This document shows positions 27,276 through 36,993 of a DNA stretch of 64,000 nt, in pieces (within the stretch, counting starts at the first letter, position 1; each line of letters opens with the position of its first letter). Source of the stretch: an uncultured bacterium (GTDB taxonomy: Bacteria; Patescibacteriota; Minisyncoccia; Phycocordibacterales; GWA1-40-21); assembly GCA_903832855.1 (NCBI GenBank), contig CAILDB010000014.1, positions 144 through 64,143 of the forward strand, in the 5' to 3' direction. Under the pieces are notes generated by a model, which made no database searches, was not told the DNA's origin, and saw nothing but the letters and a program-made list of their open reading frames with translations. The translations under genes and the position numbers were made by a program.

Positions 27276-29105
27276 ATGGGATTTTTAAATAATTTATTTG
27301 GTAAAAAGGAGAAAAAGCAAGATGAATTAACATCTTTTTTGCCTCAAGAAATATATGAGGCGGGCGTTTTGGAGTTGCAAGACATTATTGCACCATCGGC
27401 ACTTAAAATTACTCCAAAAGAATTAAATCTTGGAGAAAAAATAGTCCGCACATTTTTTGTCATTTCATATCCGAGATTTTTGACAGAAAGTTGGTTTGCA
27501 CCTGTCATAAACTTGGATAAAGTTTTTAATGTTTCCATTTTTGTCCACCCGATAGACACTGCAAAAATTTTAAAGACATTTCAGAAAAAAGTTGCAGAAG
27601 TTCAAAGCCAAATAAATGACAGAGAGAGAAGGGGACTTGTTCGTGACCCCGTTCTTGACACCGCATATCAGGACTTAGAGGGCTTGAGGGACAATCTTCA
27701 GCAAGCTCAAGAAAAACTTTTTGATGTGGGCCTTTACATTACAATTTATGCAAACAACGAGGAGGAATTAAACAAATTTGAATCGGAAATCAAGTCCATT
27801 TTGGAGTCACGACTCATCTATGTCAAGCCAGCACTTTTTCAGCAAGAGCAAGCATACAAAAGTGTCCTTCCTATCGCCACAGACCTTCTTGAAATTCATT
27901 CCAAACTCAACTCTTCTCCACTTTCAAGTATTTTTCCTTTCGTTTCTTTTGACCTCACATCAGACAAAGGAATTCTTTATGGAATAAACAGACACAATTC
28001 TAGTTTAGTTATTTTTGACAGATTTTCTTTGGAAAACTACAACTCTGTGACTTTTGCAAAAGCAGGTGCAGGAAAGTCGTATGCCACGAAGCTAGAAATT
28101 CTCCGCAGTTTGATGTTTGATATTGATGTGATGGTTATTGATCCTGAAAAAGAATACGAATTCCTTGCAGAGGCAGCAGGCGGAAAGTCCTTTTCTATTT
28201 CTTTAAACTCTGATTCACACTTAAACCCATTCGATTTGCCGGTGCCTAGAGAAGATGAATCATCGGCAAATGTATTGAGATCAAATATTATAAACCTCGT
28301 CGGACTTTTCCGACTAATGCTCGGCGGACTTACACAAGAAGAAGATGCTATTGTGGACAGAGCAATCGCAGAAACATATGCATTGAAAGATATCACACCG
28401 GATTCTGATTTTTCAAATATTGAGCCACCTTTGCTCTCTGATTTTGAGCTTGTGCTTACCGGTATGAAAGGTGCAGAGTCAGTAGTTCAAAAACTTTCAA
28501 AATATACGAGAGGTACTTGGGCGGGATTTCTCAATAAATCTACAAACATTGATATTGACCATAAATTTATTGTTTTCTCTATCCGAGATATGGAGGATGA
28601 GCTCAAGCCGGTTGCAATGTACCTTATTACTCACCATATTTGGAATGCAGTTAGAAAAAATCTAAAAAAGAGATTACTGGTCATAGATGAGGCGTGGTGG
28701 ATGATGAAGTCCGAAGACACAGCATCTTTCCTTTTCAGTATGGCAAAAAGAGGAAGAAAATATTATCTCGGTCTAGCCACTATTACGCAAGATGTGGACG
28801 ACTTTTTGCGTTCTCCTTATGGTCAGCCAATTGTCACCAACTCTTCAATTCAAATTCTTCTCAAACAATCGCCAACTGCCGTGGATAATTTGCAAAAAAT
28901 GTTTAATCTGACAGATGAAGAAAAGTTTTTGCTTATTGAGTCAGATGTGGGGGAGGGAATGTTTTTCGTAGGCTCAAAACATGTCGCAATTAAAATATAT
29001 GCTTCTTATACAGAAGACCAAATAATGACTTCCGATCCTTCGCAAATTCTCGCCATCAGAAAAGCCAAACAAGAATACAATGTAGCAAATGGTTTGATGG
29101 GGTGA
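27276..29105 (+). CDS. VirB4/TrbE-like conjugation-type ATPase.
   Basis: Walker A FAKAGAGKSYAT; Walker B LLVIDEAWWMM; 609 aa. Confidence 0.6.
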   Translation: MGFLNNLFGKKEKKQDELTSFLPQEIYEAGVLELQDIIAPSALKITPKELNLGEKIVRTFFVISYPRFLTESWFAPVINLDKVFNVSIFVHPIDTAKILKTFQKKVAEVQSQINDRERRGLVRDPVLDTAYQDLEGLRDNLQQAQEKLFDVGLYITIYANNEEELNKFESEIKSILESRLIYVKPALFQQEQAYKSVLPIATDLLEIHSKLNSSPLSSIFPFVSFDLTSDKGILYGINRHNSSLVIFDRFSLENYNSVTFAKAGAGKSYATKLEILRSLMFDIDVMVIDPEKEYEFLAEAAGGKSFSISLNSDSHLNPFDLPVPREDESSANVLRSNIINLVGLFRLMLGGLTQEEDAIVDRAIAETYALKDITPDSDFSNIEPPLLSDFELVLTGMKGAESVVQKLSKYTRGTWAGFLNKSTNIDIDHKFIVFSIRDMEDELKPVAMYLITHHIWNAVRKNLKKRLLVIDEAWWMMKSEDTASFLFSMAKRGRKYYLGLATITQDVDDFLRSPYGQPIVTNSSIQILLKQSPTAVDNLQKMFNLTDEEKFLLIESDVGEGMFFVGSKHVAIKIYASYTEDQIMTSDPSQILAIRKAKQEYNVANGLMG

Positions 29106-29118
29106 GGTGTTATGCCTG

Positions 29119-29164
29119 CCCCGTAGTGAATTTGATGGCAAATTCTACTACTGGGTGTTATAAT
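29119..29164 (+). promoter_or_regulatory. Palindromic motif ccccgtagtgaatttgatggcaaattctactactgggtg fused to an extended -10 (TGtTATAAT), 10 nt before the ATG.
   Basis: Same motif at 50498-50528 and 53330-53400. Confidence 0.5.
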
Positions 29165-29173
29165 TAAAAAAGA

Positions 29174-30184
29174 ATGAGTAAAAAAATCTTTACATTTTTT
29201 GGTCTTTCTATAGCTTTGACGGCGGTTTTGATAATTCCTTCTTTTTCTTTTGCTCAGACAGCAAGTTTGCAAAATATTACAAACTCCTCTCTCTCAATAT
29301 CACCTAGCAACCCAAAATTTGGAGATACTGTGACGGGAACTTTAACAAATGTTTACAAAAATTTAAATATTGCAACTATTTCTTGGTATGTAGATGGAAA
29401 TTTAAAGAAAGAAGGGGTTGGAATAACAAGTTTTTCTTTCGGTTTATCCAAAAAAACAAATGCGGTGACAATAAAAGCAGTGATAAGTTCCTCAGATTTC
29501 AATGATACGGTCACACAAAAGATTCAGCCAGCAGATGTTGACCTCGTCTTTGAACCACAGTCATATGCGCCATATTTTTACAAGGGTTCACCTCTTTTTA
29601 TCACAATGGGAACAGTCAAAGTTCTGGCAATTCCAGTAATTGTAAAAGATGGAGTGAAAATACCTGCGTCACAACTCACTTACACTTGGAATTTAAATGG
29701 AATAATAAATGGCGACGCATCTGGCAGAGGCAAAAATACTTTTGTTTTTAGTGGAAATGGAATTGATGATGAAGGAGATGTGGAAGTAACCGTGACAGAT
29801 GACAGCAAAAAAATAACAGCTGATAAATCAATGTCTATTTCGGCCTCAAATCCAAGTATTATGATCTATGAAGACAATCCTGCTTATGGATTATTTTGGA
29901 ACAATGCCCTGACCGGAAATGTAAACATTGGTTCAAAAGAAGAAATAGATATTATGGCATACCCGTTTAATTTTGATGTGAAAAGCGCAGATGATTCAGC
30001 TTTGACTATGGATTGGACTGTAAATGGGCAAAGCTATACTGCGCCGGTAAAGAAAAATGCTATTGCTCTCAAACAAGTTGCTTCTTCTGGTTCCGGTAGC
30101 GCAAATGTTGGCTTGAGTGTGGCAAATAACGCCAGAATATTTCAATTTGGAAGTTTTAATTTTACATTAAGTTATGCAAAGTAG
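29174..30184 (+). CDS. Secreted hypothetical protein (signal peptide).
   Basis: N-terminal signal MSKKIFTFFGLSIALTAVLIIPSFSFAQT. Confidence 0.5.
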   Translation: MSKKIFTFFGLSIALTAVLIIPSFSFAQTASLQNITNSSLSISPSNPKFGDTVTGTLTNVYKNLNIATISWYVDGNLKKEGVGITSFSFGLSKKTNAVTIKAVISSSDFNDTVTQKIQPADVDLVFEPQSYAPYFYKGSPLFITMGTVKVLAIPVIVKDGVKIPASQLTYTWNLNGIINGDASGRGKNTFVFSGNGIDDEGDVEVTVTDDSKKITADKSMSISASNPSIMIYEDNPAYGLFWNNALTGNVNIGSKEEIDIMAYPFNFDVKSADDSALTMDWTVNGQSYTAPVKKNAIALKQVASSGSGSANVGLSVANNARIFQFGSFNFTLSYAK

Positions 30185-30632
30185 AAAAAACAAAAAAATA
30201 TTAGCAATGATTTCTTTCTTGTTTGTTTTTTATGCAACGGTGCCTTTTGTTTTTTGTTTTGCACAAACGGATACTGGCTTAACATCACATTTACAGGATA
30301 TAGATGGTGGTAAAAAACAGTATGTACCATTAGAACAAACCGCAATTAATGCAGCCCTTGGTACAACAGGAAACCCGACCTCGGATCTTGCCACTTTTAT
30401 AAAAGCTGTCTATAATTTTGGGGTTGCTGCTGCTGCCGCCCTTGCCGTCCTTATGATTGCTTGGGGTGGAATAGAATATATGACAACCGATGCTTTTTAC
30501 GGTAAAAGTGAAGCAAAGGGTAAAATAACTGGTGCTCTCTGGGGACTTCTTCTCGTTCTTTCATCATATTTGATTCTTTGGACAGTCAACCCTTCTATAT
30601 TAAATATTCCAGCATTTTTACAAAGTAATTAA
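30174..30632 (+). CDS. VirB2/TrbC-like pilin candidate (signal peptide plus two hydrophobic helices).
   Basis: FGVAAAAALAVLMIAWGGIEYM and ITGALWGLLLVLSSYLILWTV. Confidence 0.4.
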   Translation: MQSRKNKKILAMISFLFVFYATVPFVFCFAQTDTGLTSHLQDIDGGKKQYVPLEQTAINAALGTTGNPTSDLATFIKAVYNFGVAAAAALAVLMIAWGGIEYMTTDAFYGKSEAKGKITGALWGLLLVLSSYLILWTVNPSILNIPAFLQSN

Positions 30633-30641
30633 AATTAAAAA

Positions 30642-31895
30642 ATGGACAAGAAAAAATCAATAATTTTAATACTCGGAGGAATAATAGTTATTTTAATAAT
30701 AGCTCTTTATTTTTATTTTAGAACTAGCACGGTCGCACCAGTTCCCGTAAATAATATACCAGACACTTCCACCGGTTTTGGCAACACATCTGCAAACATA
30801 AATACTTCAAATGGAAATGGTTTTGGTACTTCCTCAAATTCTTCTGGCACTTTAGTAAATAGTTCAACGACTCAAGCCCAACTCAAACAAATTTTTAGTG
30901 AACCAAATGCTGGAGCTGTAATATTTAAATCAGGCGGTGAAGAAAAAATTCGTTTGGTAGAAAAAAGCAATGGTCACATACAAGAGGCGAGCTTCGTTTC
31001 AAGTCAGGTGGTAAGAATTAGCAATACCACAATACCCAAAATATATGAAGCGCTCTGGGACAAAACAGGTGGAAAAGTGGTCTTGCGATACATAAAAGAT
31101 GAAACAGGAAAAATGCAAACATATTCCGCAAAAATAAATGTTTCCACTTCTACATCAAATGAATCCGTTGGCATTATTTCCGGAACATTTTTACCAGAAA
31201 ATATCCGCGAGCTTTCGGTAAACAAAAATATTTCTAAAGTATTTTACTTAATGGAAACGTCAAATGGGGGCTCTGCTGGCTTTACTGCAAACCTAGATGG
31301 CACCCAAAGCAAGCAGGTTTTTTCTTCCGAATTAAAAAACTGGAATATCGGATGGGCAGGGGACAACACTCTCTCGCTTTTGTCACGACCAAGTTATACT
31401 TTGAAAAATATTTTATTTTCTCAAAATGCTTCGGGTGGAAGTTTAGAAAAAATCATCGGCAATATGTATGGTATGACAACCCTTGTGGGAGATAATGGAA
31501 ATAAGGTGGTTTATTCTCAAAATGTGCGAAGTGTGCCAACTCTTGGATATTATAATGTAAAAACAGATGTAGATAATAACCTTTCTCTTAGCACAATCGC
31601 CGATAAATGTGTCTGGAGTAATGTGAGTGCAAATATCGTGTATTGTGCTGTTCCAAAGACGATGCCGAGATTTTCTTATCCTGATGACTGGTATAAAGGG
31701 AAGGTCTCTTTTTCTGATGATTTCTGGCAAATAAACTTGGATAATAATACAACAACCTTACTTTATCAGACGAAAGGCAATGAAAATGTAGATGCGACCA
31801 ACCTAATAGCAAGTGCAAAAGACGATTACATTGTATTTACAAACAAAAAAGACCTTTCTCTCTGGTCTTTCAAAACTTCTCCTCAAACAAACTAA
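30642..31895 (+). CDS. Membrane-anchored, S/T/N-rich extracellular hypothetical protein.
   Basis: N-terminal TM IILILGGIIVILIIALYFYF. Confidence 0.5.
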   Translation: MDKKKSIILILGGIIVILIIALYFYFRTSTVAPVPVNNIPDTSTGFGNTSANINTSNGNGFGTSSNSSGTLVNSSTTQAQLKQIFSEPNAGAVIFKSGGEEKIRLVEKSNGHIQEASFVSSQVVRISNTTIPKIYEALWDKTGGKVVLRYIKDETGKMQTYSAKINVSTSTSNESVGIISGTFLPENIRELSVNKNISKVFYLMETSNGGSAGFTANLDGTQSKQVFSSELKNWNIGWAGDNTLSLLSRPSYTLKNILFSQNASGGSLEKIIGNMYGMTTLVGDNGNKVVYSQNVRSVPTLGYYNVKTDVDNNLSLSTIADKCVWSNVSANIVYCAVPKTMPRFSYPDDWYKGKVSFSDDFWQINLDNNTTTLLYQTKGNENVDATNLIASAKDDYIVFTNKKDLSLWSFKTSPQTN

Positions 31896-31916
31896 TGGCA
31901 AGGTCAGACCTTGCCA
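31896..31916. terminator. Bidirectional terminator hairpin tggcaagg-tcaga-ccttgcca between convergent genes.
   Basis: Read directly. Confidence 0.5.
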
Positions 31917-31923
31917 TTAGAGT

Positions 31924-32391
31924 TTAGTCTTTTACGTATTTTATTACTATTCTTCTAGAAAGTCCTTCGCCAACTGACTCGGTTTTTATATTTGCTTGTC
32001 CTGTAAGCACGCCGTGAACTACCAATCTTTCATATGATGACATTGGCTCCATTTCTACATCTACTTTCATATCTTTAGCTCTATTTGCAAGCATTATGGC
32101 TTGATTTTTTAGTCCCAAAATTTTACTTGAATGATAATCGTTTATATCAATAGCAAAAGTCGAAATAATCTCTTCTGTTCCTGCCTTTTTGGCAACCATT
32201 TTCTTTATCAAAAGGAAGAGTGCATTAAATGTTTCACCGTCTTCACCAATAAGAAGTCCGGACTCTTTTGTTTTTATGACAAAAATCTTTTTATTTGTTA
32301 TTTCATCAAATGTTTCTTCTATGGAATCAAAGGAAACACCCATACCTTTTACCATCTCCTCTATTATTTTTTTTATTTCTTCGTTTGTCAT
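31924..32391 (-). CDS. jag: Jag/KhpB (R3H RNA-binding) protein.
   Basis: Position after yidC; KH/R3H-like sequence ...RLVVHGVL... Confidence 0.65.
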   Translation of the reverse strand: MTNEEIKKIIEEMVKGMGVSFDSIEETFDEITNKKIFVIKTKESGLLIGEDGETFNALFLLIKKMVAKKAGTEEIISTFAIDINDYHSSKILGLKNQAIMLANRAKDMKVDVEMEPMSSYERLVVHGVLTGQANIKTESVGEGLSRRIVIKYVKD

Positions 32392-33146
32392 ATTATTTTT
32401 GTTTTTAAATTATTTTCTGTTGCCATCTTTCCCCTCATATAAAACTCCTGTGCAACGGAGAAAAGGTTGGTAGTGATAAGATATATGGCAACTACGGCAG
32501 GGAAGCTGTTTGCGATAAAGAACATAAATACTGGCATAATGTATTTCATCTGGAAGCTCATGCTCTTTGCCAAATCCTCGCCCATACTTGGCTTTTTGTT
32601 TGGGTCTTTTTTAACAGGTTTTGTGGCGGGAACAGAAACTTGTATCTGCCAAAACTGTGTAAGTCCAGCAATAACAGCTAAAAGTGTGCTCTTGGCCATT
32701 GTGTCTATACCAAAAAAGAACATATTTACTGAGTTTGGCTCTGCCACAAAAGGATAGAGAATACTGTGGTCTATTTTGGGCAAACCGCCATTAAGAAAAA
32801 CATAATAAAGAGCAATAAGGACTGGCAACTGAAGGAGAATAAGCCCAATGCTTGCAAAAGGATTAACTTTCTTCTCTTTATAAAGCTTCATAATCTGAAC
32901 CGACTGCTCTTGTTTATTATCTTTGTATTTTTCTTTTATTGCCTCAATATCTGGCTCAATAAGCTTCATTTCAATCTGGGTTCTAACTGCCTTTTTTGAA
33001 AGGGGGAAGAGGATAACTCGCACGATGAAAGTAACGACAATTACGGCAAAACCAATGGAGAAATATGGAAAAGCACCGAGAATAGCTACCATAAAGTTAT
33101 AGATAGGAATGTAGAAGAAATTTTGAAAGGCAAAATGTATCATCAC
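32388..33146 (-). CDS. yidC: Membrane protein insertase YidC (reduced).
   Basis: 5 TM; conserved rnpA-yidC synteny; VIVVTFIVRVILFPL. Confidence 0.8.
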   Translation of the reverse strand: MMIHFAFQNFFYIPIYNFMVAILGAFPYFSIGFAVIVVTFIVRVILFPLSKKAVRTQIEMKLIEPDIEAIKEKYKDNKQEQSVQIMKLYKEKKVNPFASIGLILLQLPVLIALYYVFLNGGLPKIDHSILYPFVAEPNSVNMFFFGIDTMAKSTLLAVIAGLTQFWQIQVSVPATKPVKKDPNKKPSMGEDLAKSMSFQMKYIMPVFMFFIANSFPAVVAIYLITTNLFSVAQEFYMRGKMATENNLKTKII

Positions 33147-33179
33147 TAGATAATAGCAGATAAAGCCAAATATTCAAAT

Positions 33180-33521
33180 TTAAAAAAGTTTGTAAGTGTG
33201 TTCTAAAATTTTGTTTATTTCTAGAGCTACTTCGGAAAAACTTAGGGTGGGGGAGTTCTTTTTTGCAAGAATGACCGAATCAAACGACTTTTGGAAGGAA
33301 TTTTTTATAAATCTCTCAATAACTGATGTAATTCTCCTTTTTAATAGATGTCTGCCGGATGATTTCTTTTCGATTTTAATTGGGATTACTACTGCAAACC
33401 TTTGAAAAGAAAACTTGTTTGGCAAAAACTTCGCATAGAAAAAATCTGTATGAAAACTTTTGCCGGATTTCATAATCATTTCCATTTCTTCACGAGGAAC
33501 TCTAAATTTCTTAGATAACAT
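33180..33521 (-). CDS. rnpA: RNase P protein component.
   Basis: Start abuts the rpmH stop; basic ~113-aa protein. Confidence 0.75.
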   Translation of the reverse strand: MLSKKFRVPREEMEMIMKSGKSFHTDFFYAKFLPNKFSFQRFAVVIPIKIEKKSSGRHLLKRRITSVIERFIKNSFQKSFDSVILAKKNSPTLSFSEVALEINKILEHTYKLF

Positions 33522-33656
33522 TTAGACCGTTACTTTTTTTCTACCTTTCTGTCTTCTTCTCTTAATAGTATTTCTGCCAAATTTTGAGCGAGATCTCACA
33601 AGAAAACCGTGAACTTTTGCTCTTTTCCTCTTTTTTGGTTGATATGTTACTGACAT
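33522..33656 (-). CDS. rpmH: Ribosomal protein L34 (44 aa; absent from the ORF track because it is under 60 aa).
   Basis: Translation [44 protein letters not shown]. Confidence 0.9.
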   Translation of the reverse strand: MSVTYQPKKRKRAKVHGFLVRSRSKFGRNTIKRRRQKGRKKVTV

Positions 33657-33705
33657 ACAGACAATATAGCGTATTTAAAAAAGTAAGTCAAATTTAATTT
33701 TTTAA

Positions 33706-33788
33706 AAACAGACCCGCAACAAAGTGTCTAAAAAGTGTCCCTGGCCGGACTTGGGACACTTTTAGGCATTTTGTGAAGGGGATGGTTT
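33706..33788 (+). repeat. GTCCCTGGCCGGACTTGGGAC-family palindromic repeat (83 bp), near-identical to 58842-58925.
   Basis: aaacagacccgcaacaaagtgtctaaaaagtgtccctggccggacttgggacacttttaggcattttgtgaagggg. Confidence 0.6.
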
Positions 33789-33818
33789 AAAAAAATTAAT
33801 CGTAACTATTAATAAAAA

Positions 33819-33827
33819 TTATCCACA
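33819..33827 (+). promoter_or_regulatory. Perfect DnaA box TTATCCACA upstream of dnaA.
   Basis: Exact 9-mer. Confidence 0.55.
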
Positions 33828-33907
33828 TTTTATAAACATCTTATGAACATATTTTTGTTTTTATGGATAGTCCTTTTGTTTATAATTCAGTATATAATAA
33901 CTAAGAA

Positions 33908-35248
33908 ATGTTAGACAACAAAACACTTTGGAATAATGTTCTCGCGGGGATGGAGCTTGATTTATCAAAGGCAAATTTTAGTATGTGGTTTAAAGAAACA
34001 TACATACAAAAGCAAGAAGACGGGACTATTTTTCTTGCCGTCCCAAATGTTTTTGTAAAGGATTGGCTTTTTAATAAATACCATAAAGATATTTTGAAAA
34101 ATTTGAGAAATTTTGGCGAACATATCCGAGCGATACAATATACTATTGCAAAAGAAGAGTCTAAACATGTAAGCGGGGAAGTAAAAGTGAATATAAATCA
34201 CAACGAGCTTCCTTTGAACGATTTTTATATTAATAAAGAAGATAATCTAAATCCAAAATATACATTTGAAACATTCGTAGTCGGACCTTTCAATGAGCTC
34301 GCTCACGCCGCCTCTCAAGCAATATTAAAAAATCCAGTTGTCTACAATCCTCTTTTTATTTATGGAAGCACCGGCCACGGTAAGACACATTTGATTCAAG
34401 CTGTTGGAAATTATATTAAGACCGCTGACCCGACAAAGAAAATCTTTTATATGACATCGGAAAAATTTGTGAATGATTATTTAAATGCACTAAATAATGG
34501 CAGTGTAAATAATTTTAAGGAAAAATACAGAAAATATGACCTACTTATCATAGACGACATCCAATTTTTATCAAAAAAGGATAAATCACAGGAAGAATTC
34601 TTCCATTTATTCAATAATTTTCATGATAGTGGCAAACAACTTATTTTTTCATCGGACAAACACCCGAATTTTATTCCCGATATAGAAGACCGTATAAAAT
34701 CAAGGTTTAATGCAGGCATGATTGTGGAAATACAAAAACCGGACTTTGAATCAAGAATACAAATATTCAAAAAGAAGGCTGTGATGATGAATTTATCCAT
34801 TTCAAACGATGTTATAGAGCACCTAGCCTATTCTATTGAGGGAAACATAAGAGAGCTCGAGGGGGTTTTAAATATTATTCTTTGTCAGACACAACTAAAA
34901 AATAAAGAATTAAATATAGGCGAAATCAAGGAGCTTATTAAAAATACAGCGAAACCAAAAAAAATAAGGTCACCCAAAGAGGTAATAAAAACAGTTGCAG
35001 AATTTTATGGACTAAAAGAAGAAGAAATTTATGAAAAGGGTAGGAAGAAAGAGATAATAAAACCAAGACAGGTGGTAATGTATATGTTAAGAGAGATTTT
35101 AGACATTTCTTTTCCGTCAATTGGTGATAAAGTAGGGAACAGAAATCACTCCACGGTCATTCACTCTTACGAAAAAATTAAAAATGATATGAAAACAGAC
35201 GCCGAGCTTGCTGGAGAGATAAATCAAATACACGCAATGCTTAAATGA
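33908..35248 (+). CDS. dnaA: Chromosomal replication initiator DnaA.
   Basis: GSTGHGKTHL Walker A; box VII and the C-terminal DNA-binding domain (...REIL..SFPSIG..). Confidence 0.9.
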   Translation: MLDNKTLWNNVLAGMELDLSKANFSMWFKETYIQKQEDGTIFLAVPNVFVKDWLFNKYHKDILKNLRNFGEHIRAIQYTIAKEESKHVSGEVKVNINHNELPLNDFYINKEDNLNPKYTFETFVVGPFNELAHAASQAILKNPVVYNPLFIYGSTGHGKTHLIQAVGNYIKTADPTKKIFYMTSEKFVNDYLNALNNGSVNNFKEKYRKYDLLIIDDIQFLSKKDKSQEEFFHLFNNFHDSGKQLIFSSDKHPNFIPDIEDRIKSRFNAGMIVEIQKPDFESRIQIFKKKAVMMNLSISNDVIEHLAYSIEGNIRELEGVLNIILCQTQLKNKELNIGEIKELIKNTAKPKKIRSPKEVIKTVAEFYGLKEEEIYEKGRKKEIIKPRQVVMYMLREILDISFPSIGDKVGNRNHSTVIHSYEKIKNDMKTDAELAGEINQIHAMLK

Positions 35249-35466
35249 TGGGGATAACCTGTGGAAAACACCCGGAAAAACTGTGAGTAAAGATACGACT
35301 TATCAACAATAAAAATTATTTTAAAAACAATAGAAAAAGTATCCACATTTAAAACACAATTTAACAAAAAATAGTTACTTAAATAGGTTGCAAAATAATG
35401 ATATAATGAGATATACACAAATAAACAACAATAGTAGTATAAATTCTCTATAATAAAAAAAATAAT

Positions 35467-36570
35467 ATGAAAATAGAATGTATAAAAGAAAAATTACAGA
35501 TTGCTGTTTCAAAGACCGAAAAAGTTTCCGGTAAAAACCTTACACTTCCTGTTTTGTCTTGTTTATTATTTGAAACCAAAAAAAACCAACTTCTCATTAA
35601 ATCCACCAACCTTGATCTTGGAATGGAGATTTCTATCCCAGTGAAAGTGATAGAAGAGGGAATTGTGGCTATTCCGGCGCAAGTTTTGAATAATTTTCTA
35701 AACAACCTTGAAGATGACAAGTCTATTACGATAGAAACGGTTGAAAACAACAATGTAAAAATTCATACATCTACAAATAAAGCGATGATAAAGACTATGG
35801 CACAAGAAGATTTTCCTACAATTCCGGTAATAGATGGTGATAAGAAATTTAAAATAAATTCCAGAGATTTGATAAAAGGTTTGAGATCCGTTTCATACAG
35901 TTCCTCGGTTTCTACTATAAAACCCGAACTTTCTAGTGTTTATGTTCATTCAAATGACGAAGAAATTGTTTTTGTCGCCACAGATTCCTTCAGACTTGCA
36001 GAAAAGAAAGTAAAAATTAAAAAGCCACTTGATTTTGGTTCAGTATTGATCCCATTTAAAAATGCAATTGAGATAATGAGAGTTTTTGATGGTGTGGATG
36101 ACGACATAGAAGTGAGTGTTACAAAAAACCAAGCATCTTTTGTATATGACGGTATGTATATTGTCTCTAGGGTTGTGGACGGAGCTTTCCCTGATTACAA
36201 ACAAATTATTCCAAAAGAGTTTAAAACCCAAGCAACGGTTTTGAAACAAGATTTAATTAACACCTTAAAATTATCAAACATTTTTTCCGACAATTTCAGT
36301 CAGATAAATGTAAAAATCACCCCAAGAGATAAAACTTTTGCTATAAAAACAAAAAATTCAAATGTTGGTGAAAACACAAACAACATTGAGTCGGTTTTGG
36401 AAGGTGAAGATGTGGAAATAAACTTTAACTACCGTTACATCCTAGACTGCCTTTCTTTTGTGGATTCAGATAGTGTCATCTTGTCATTTAATGGCTTAAC
36501 AAGGCCAATGGTTATCCGTGGTACATCCGACAAGTCATTTACATATCTCGTAATGCCTATGAACAGATAA
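35467..36570 (+). CDS. dnaN: DNA polymerase III beta sliding clamp.
   Basis: MKIECIKEKLQIAVSKTEKV...; three-domain length 367 aa. Confidence 0.85.
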   Translation: MKIECIKEKLQIAVSKTEKVSGKNLTLPVLSCLLFETKKNQLLIKSTNLDLGMEISIPVKVIEEGIVAIPAQVLNNFLNNLEDDKSITIETVENNNVKIHTSTNKAMIKTMAQEDFPTIPVIDGDKKFKINSRDLIKGLRSVSYSSSVSTIKPELSSVYVHSNDEEIVFVATDSFRLAEKKVKIKKPLDFGSVLIPFKNAIEIMRVFDGVDDDIEVSVTKNQASFVYDGMYIVSRVVDGAFPDYKQIIPKEFKTQATVLKQDLINTLKLSNIFSDNFSQINVKITPRDKTFAIKTKNSNVGENTNNIESVLEGEDVEINFNYRYILDCLSFVDSDSVILSFNGLTRPMVIRGTSDKSFTYLVMPMNR

Positions 36571-36824
36571 TGTTAAATATCTCTGGTTTTTTTGATAAAT
36601 TTTTACAACTTTCTGCGACAAACGATTTTTTAAAGAAAACTGTCGCAGACGCTATTTTTTCTGTGACCGGATTTCAGCTTGATTTAAAAGACATTGAAAT
36701 ATCAGGCAAAAAAGCAAAAATAAAACAATCACCCGTCCTAAAAACCGAACTTTTCCTGAAAAAAGAAAAAATATTGCAAAAACTCTTGGAACTGAAGAAT
36801 GAGACAACTAAAGAAATATCTTAA
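36570..36824 (+). CDS. DUF721/DciA-like small protein downstream of dnaN.
   Basis: Synteny; pattern ...ISGKKAKIKQSPVLKTELFL... Confidence 0.4.
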   Translation: MLNISGFFDKFLQLSATNDFLKKTVADAIFSVTGFQLDLKDIEISGKKAKIKQSPVLKTELFLKKEKILQKLLELKNETTKEIS

Positions 36825-36825
36825 A

Positions 36826-36992
36826 GGAAAATGAGATTAAAAATTTTGTTAGGGGTGGCGATCCTGTTCCTTTTGAACTGACTTGGGAGGCTGACTGAGC
36901 CGAGCACGAGGAATTTTTTAGCAAAAAAATATCCGTGCAGTTCAAAAGGAATAGGTCGACAGGACCCCGTGAAATTTTTAATCTCATTTTCC
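36826..36992 (+). repeat. Family-1 structured palindromic element, copy 1 (~130-bp core), nested in the perfect outer palindrome ggaaaatgagattaaaaattt / aaatttttaatctcattttcc between convergent genes.
   Basis: Core nearly identical to 40831-40950. Confidence 0.6.
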
Positions 36993-36993
36993 T

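Larger units (their letters stand above)
33657..33907. other. Candidate oriC between rpmH and dnaA.
   Basis: AT-rich stretch 33840-33905; DnaA box at 33819; it also hosts a palindromic repeat copy. The AT-rich dnaA-dnaN spacer (35249-35466) carrying the near-box GTATCCACA is an alternative. Confidence 0.5.
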
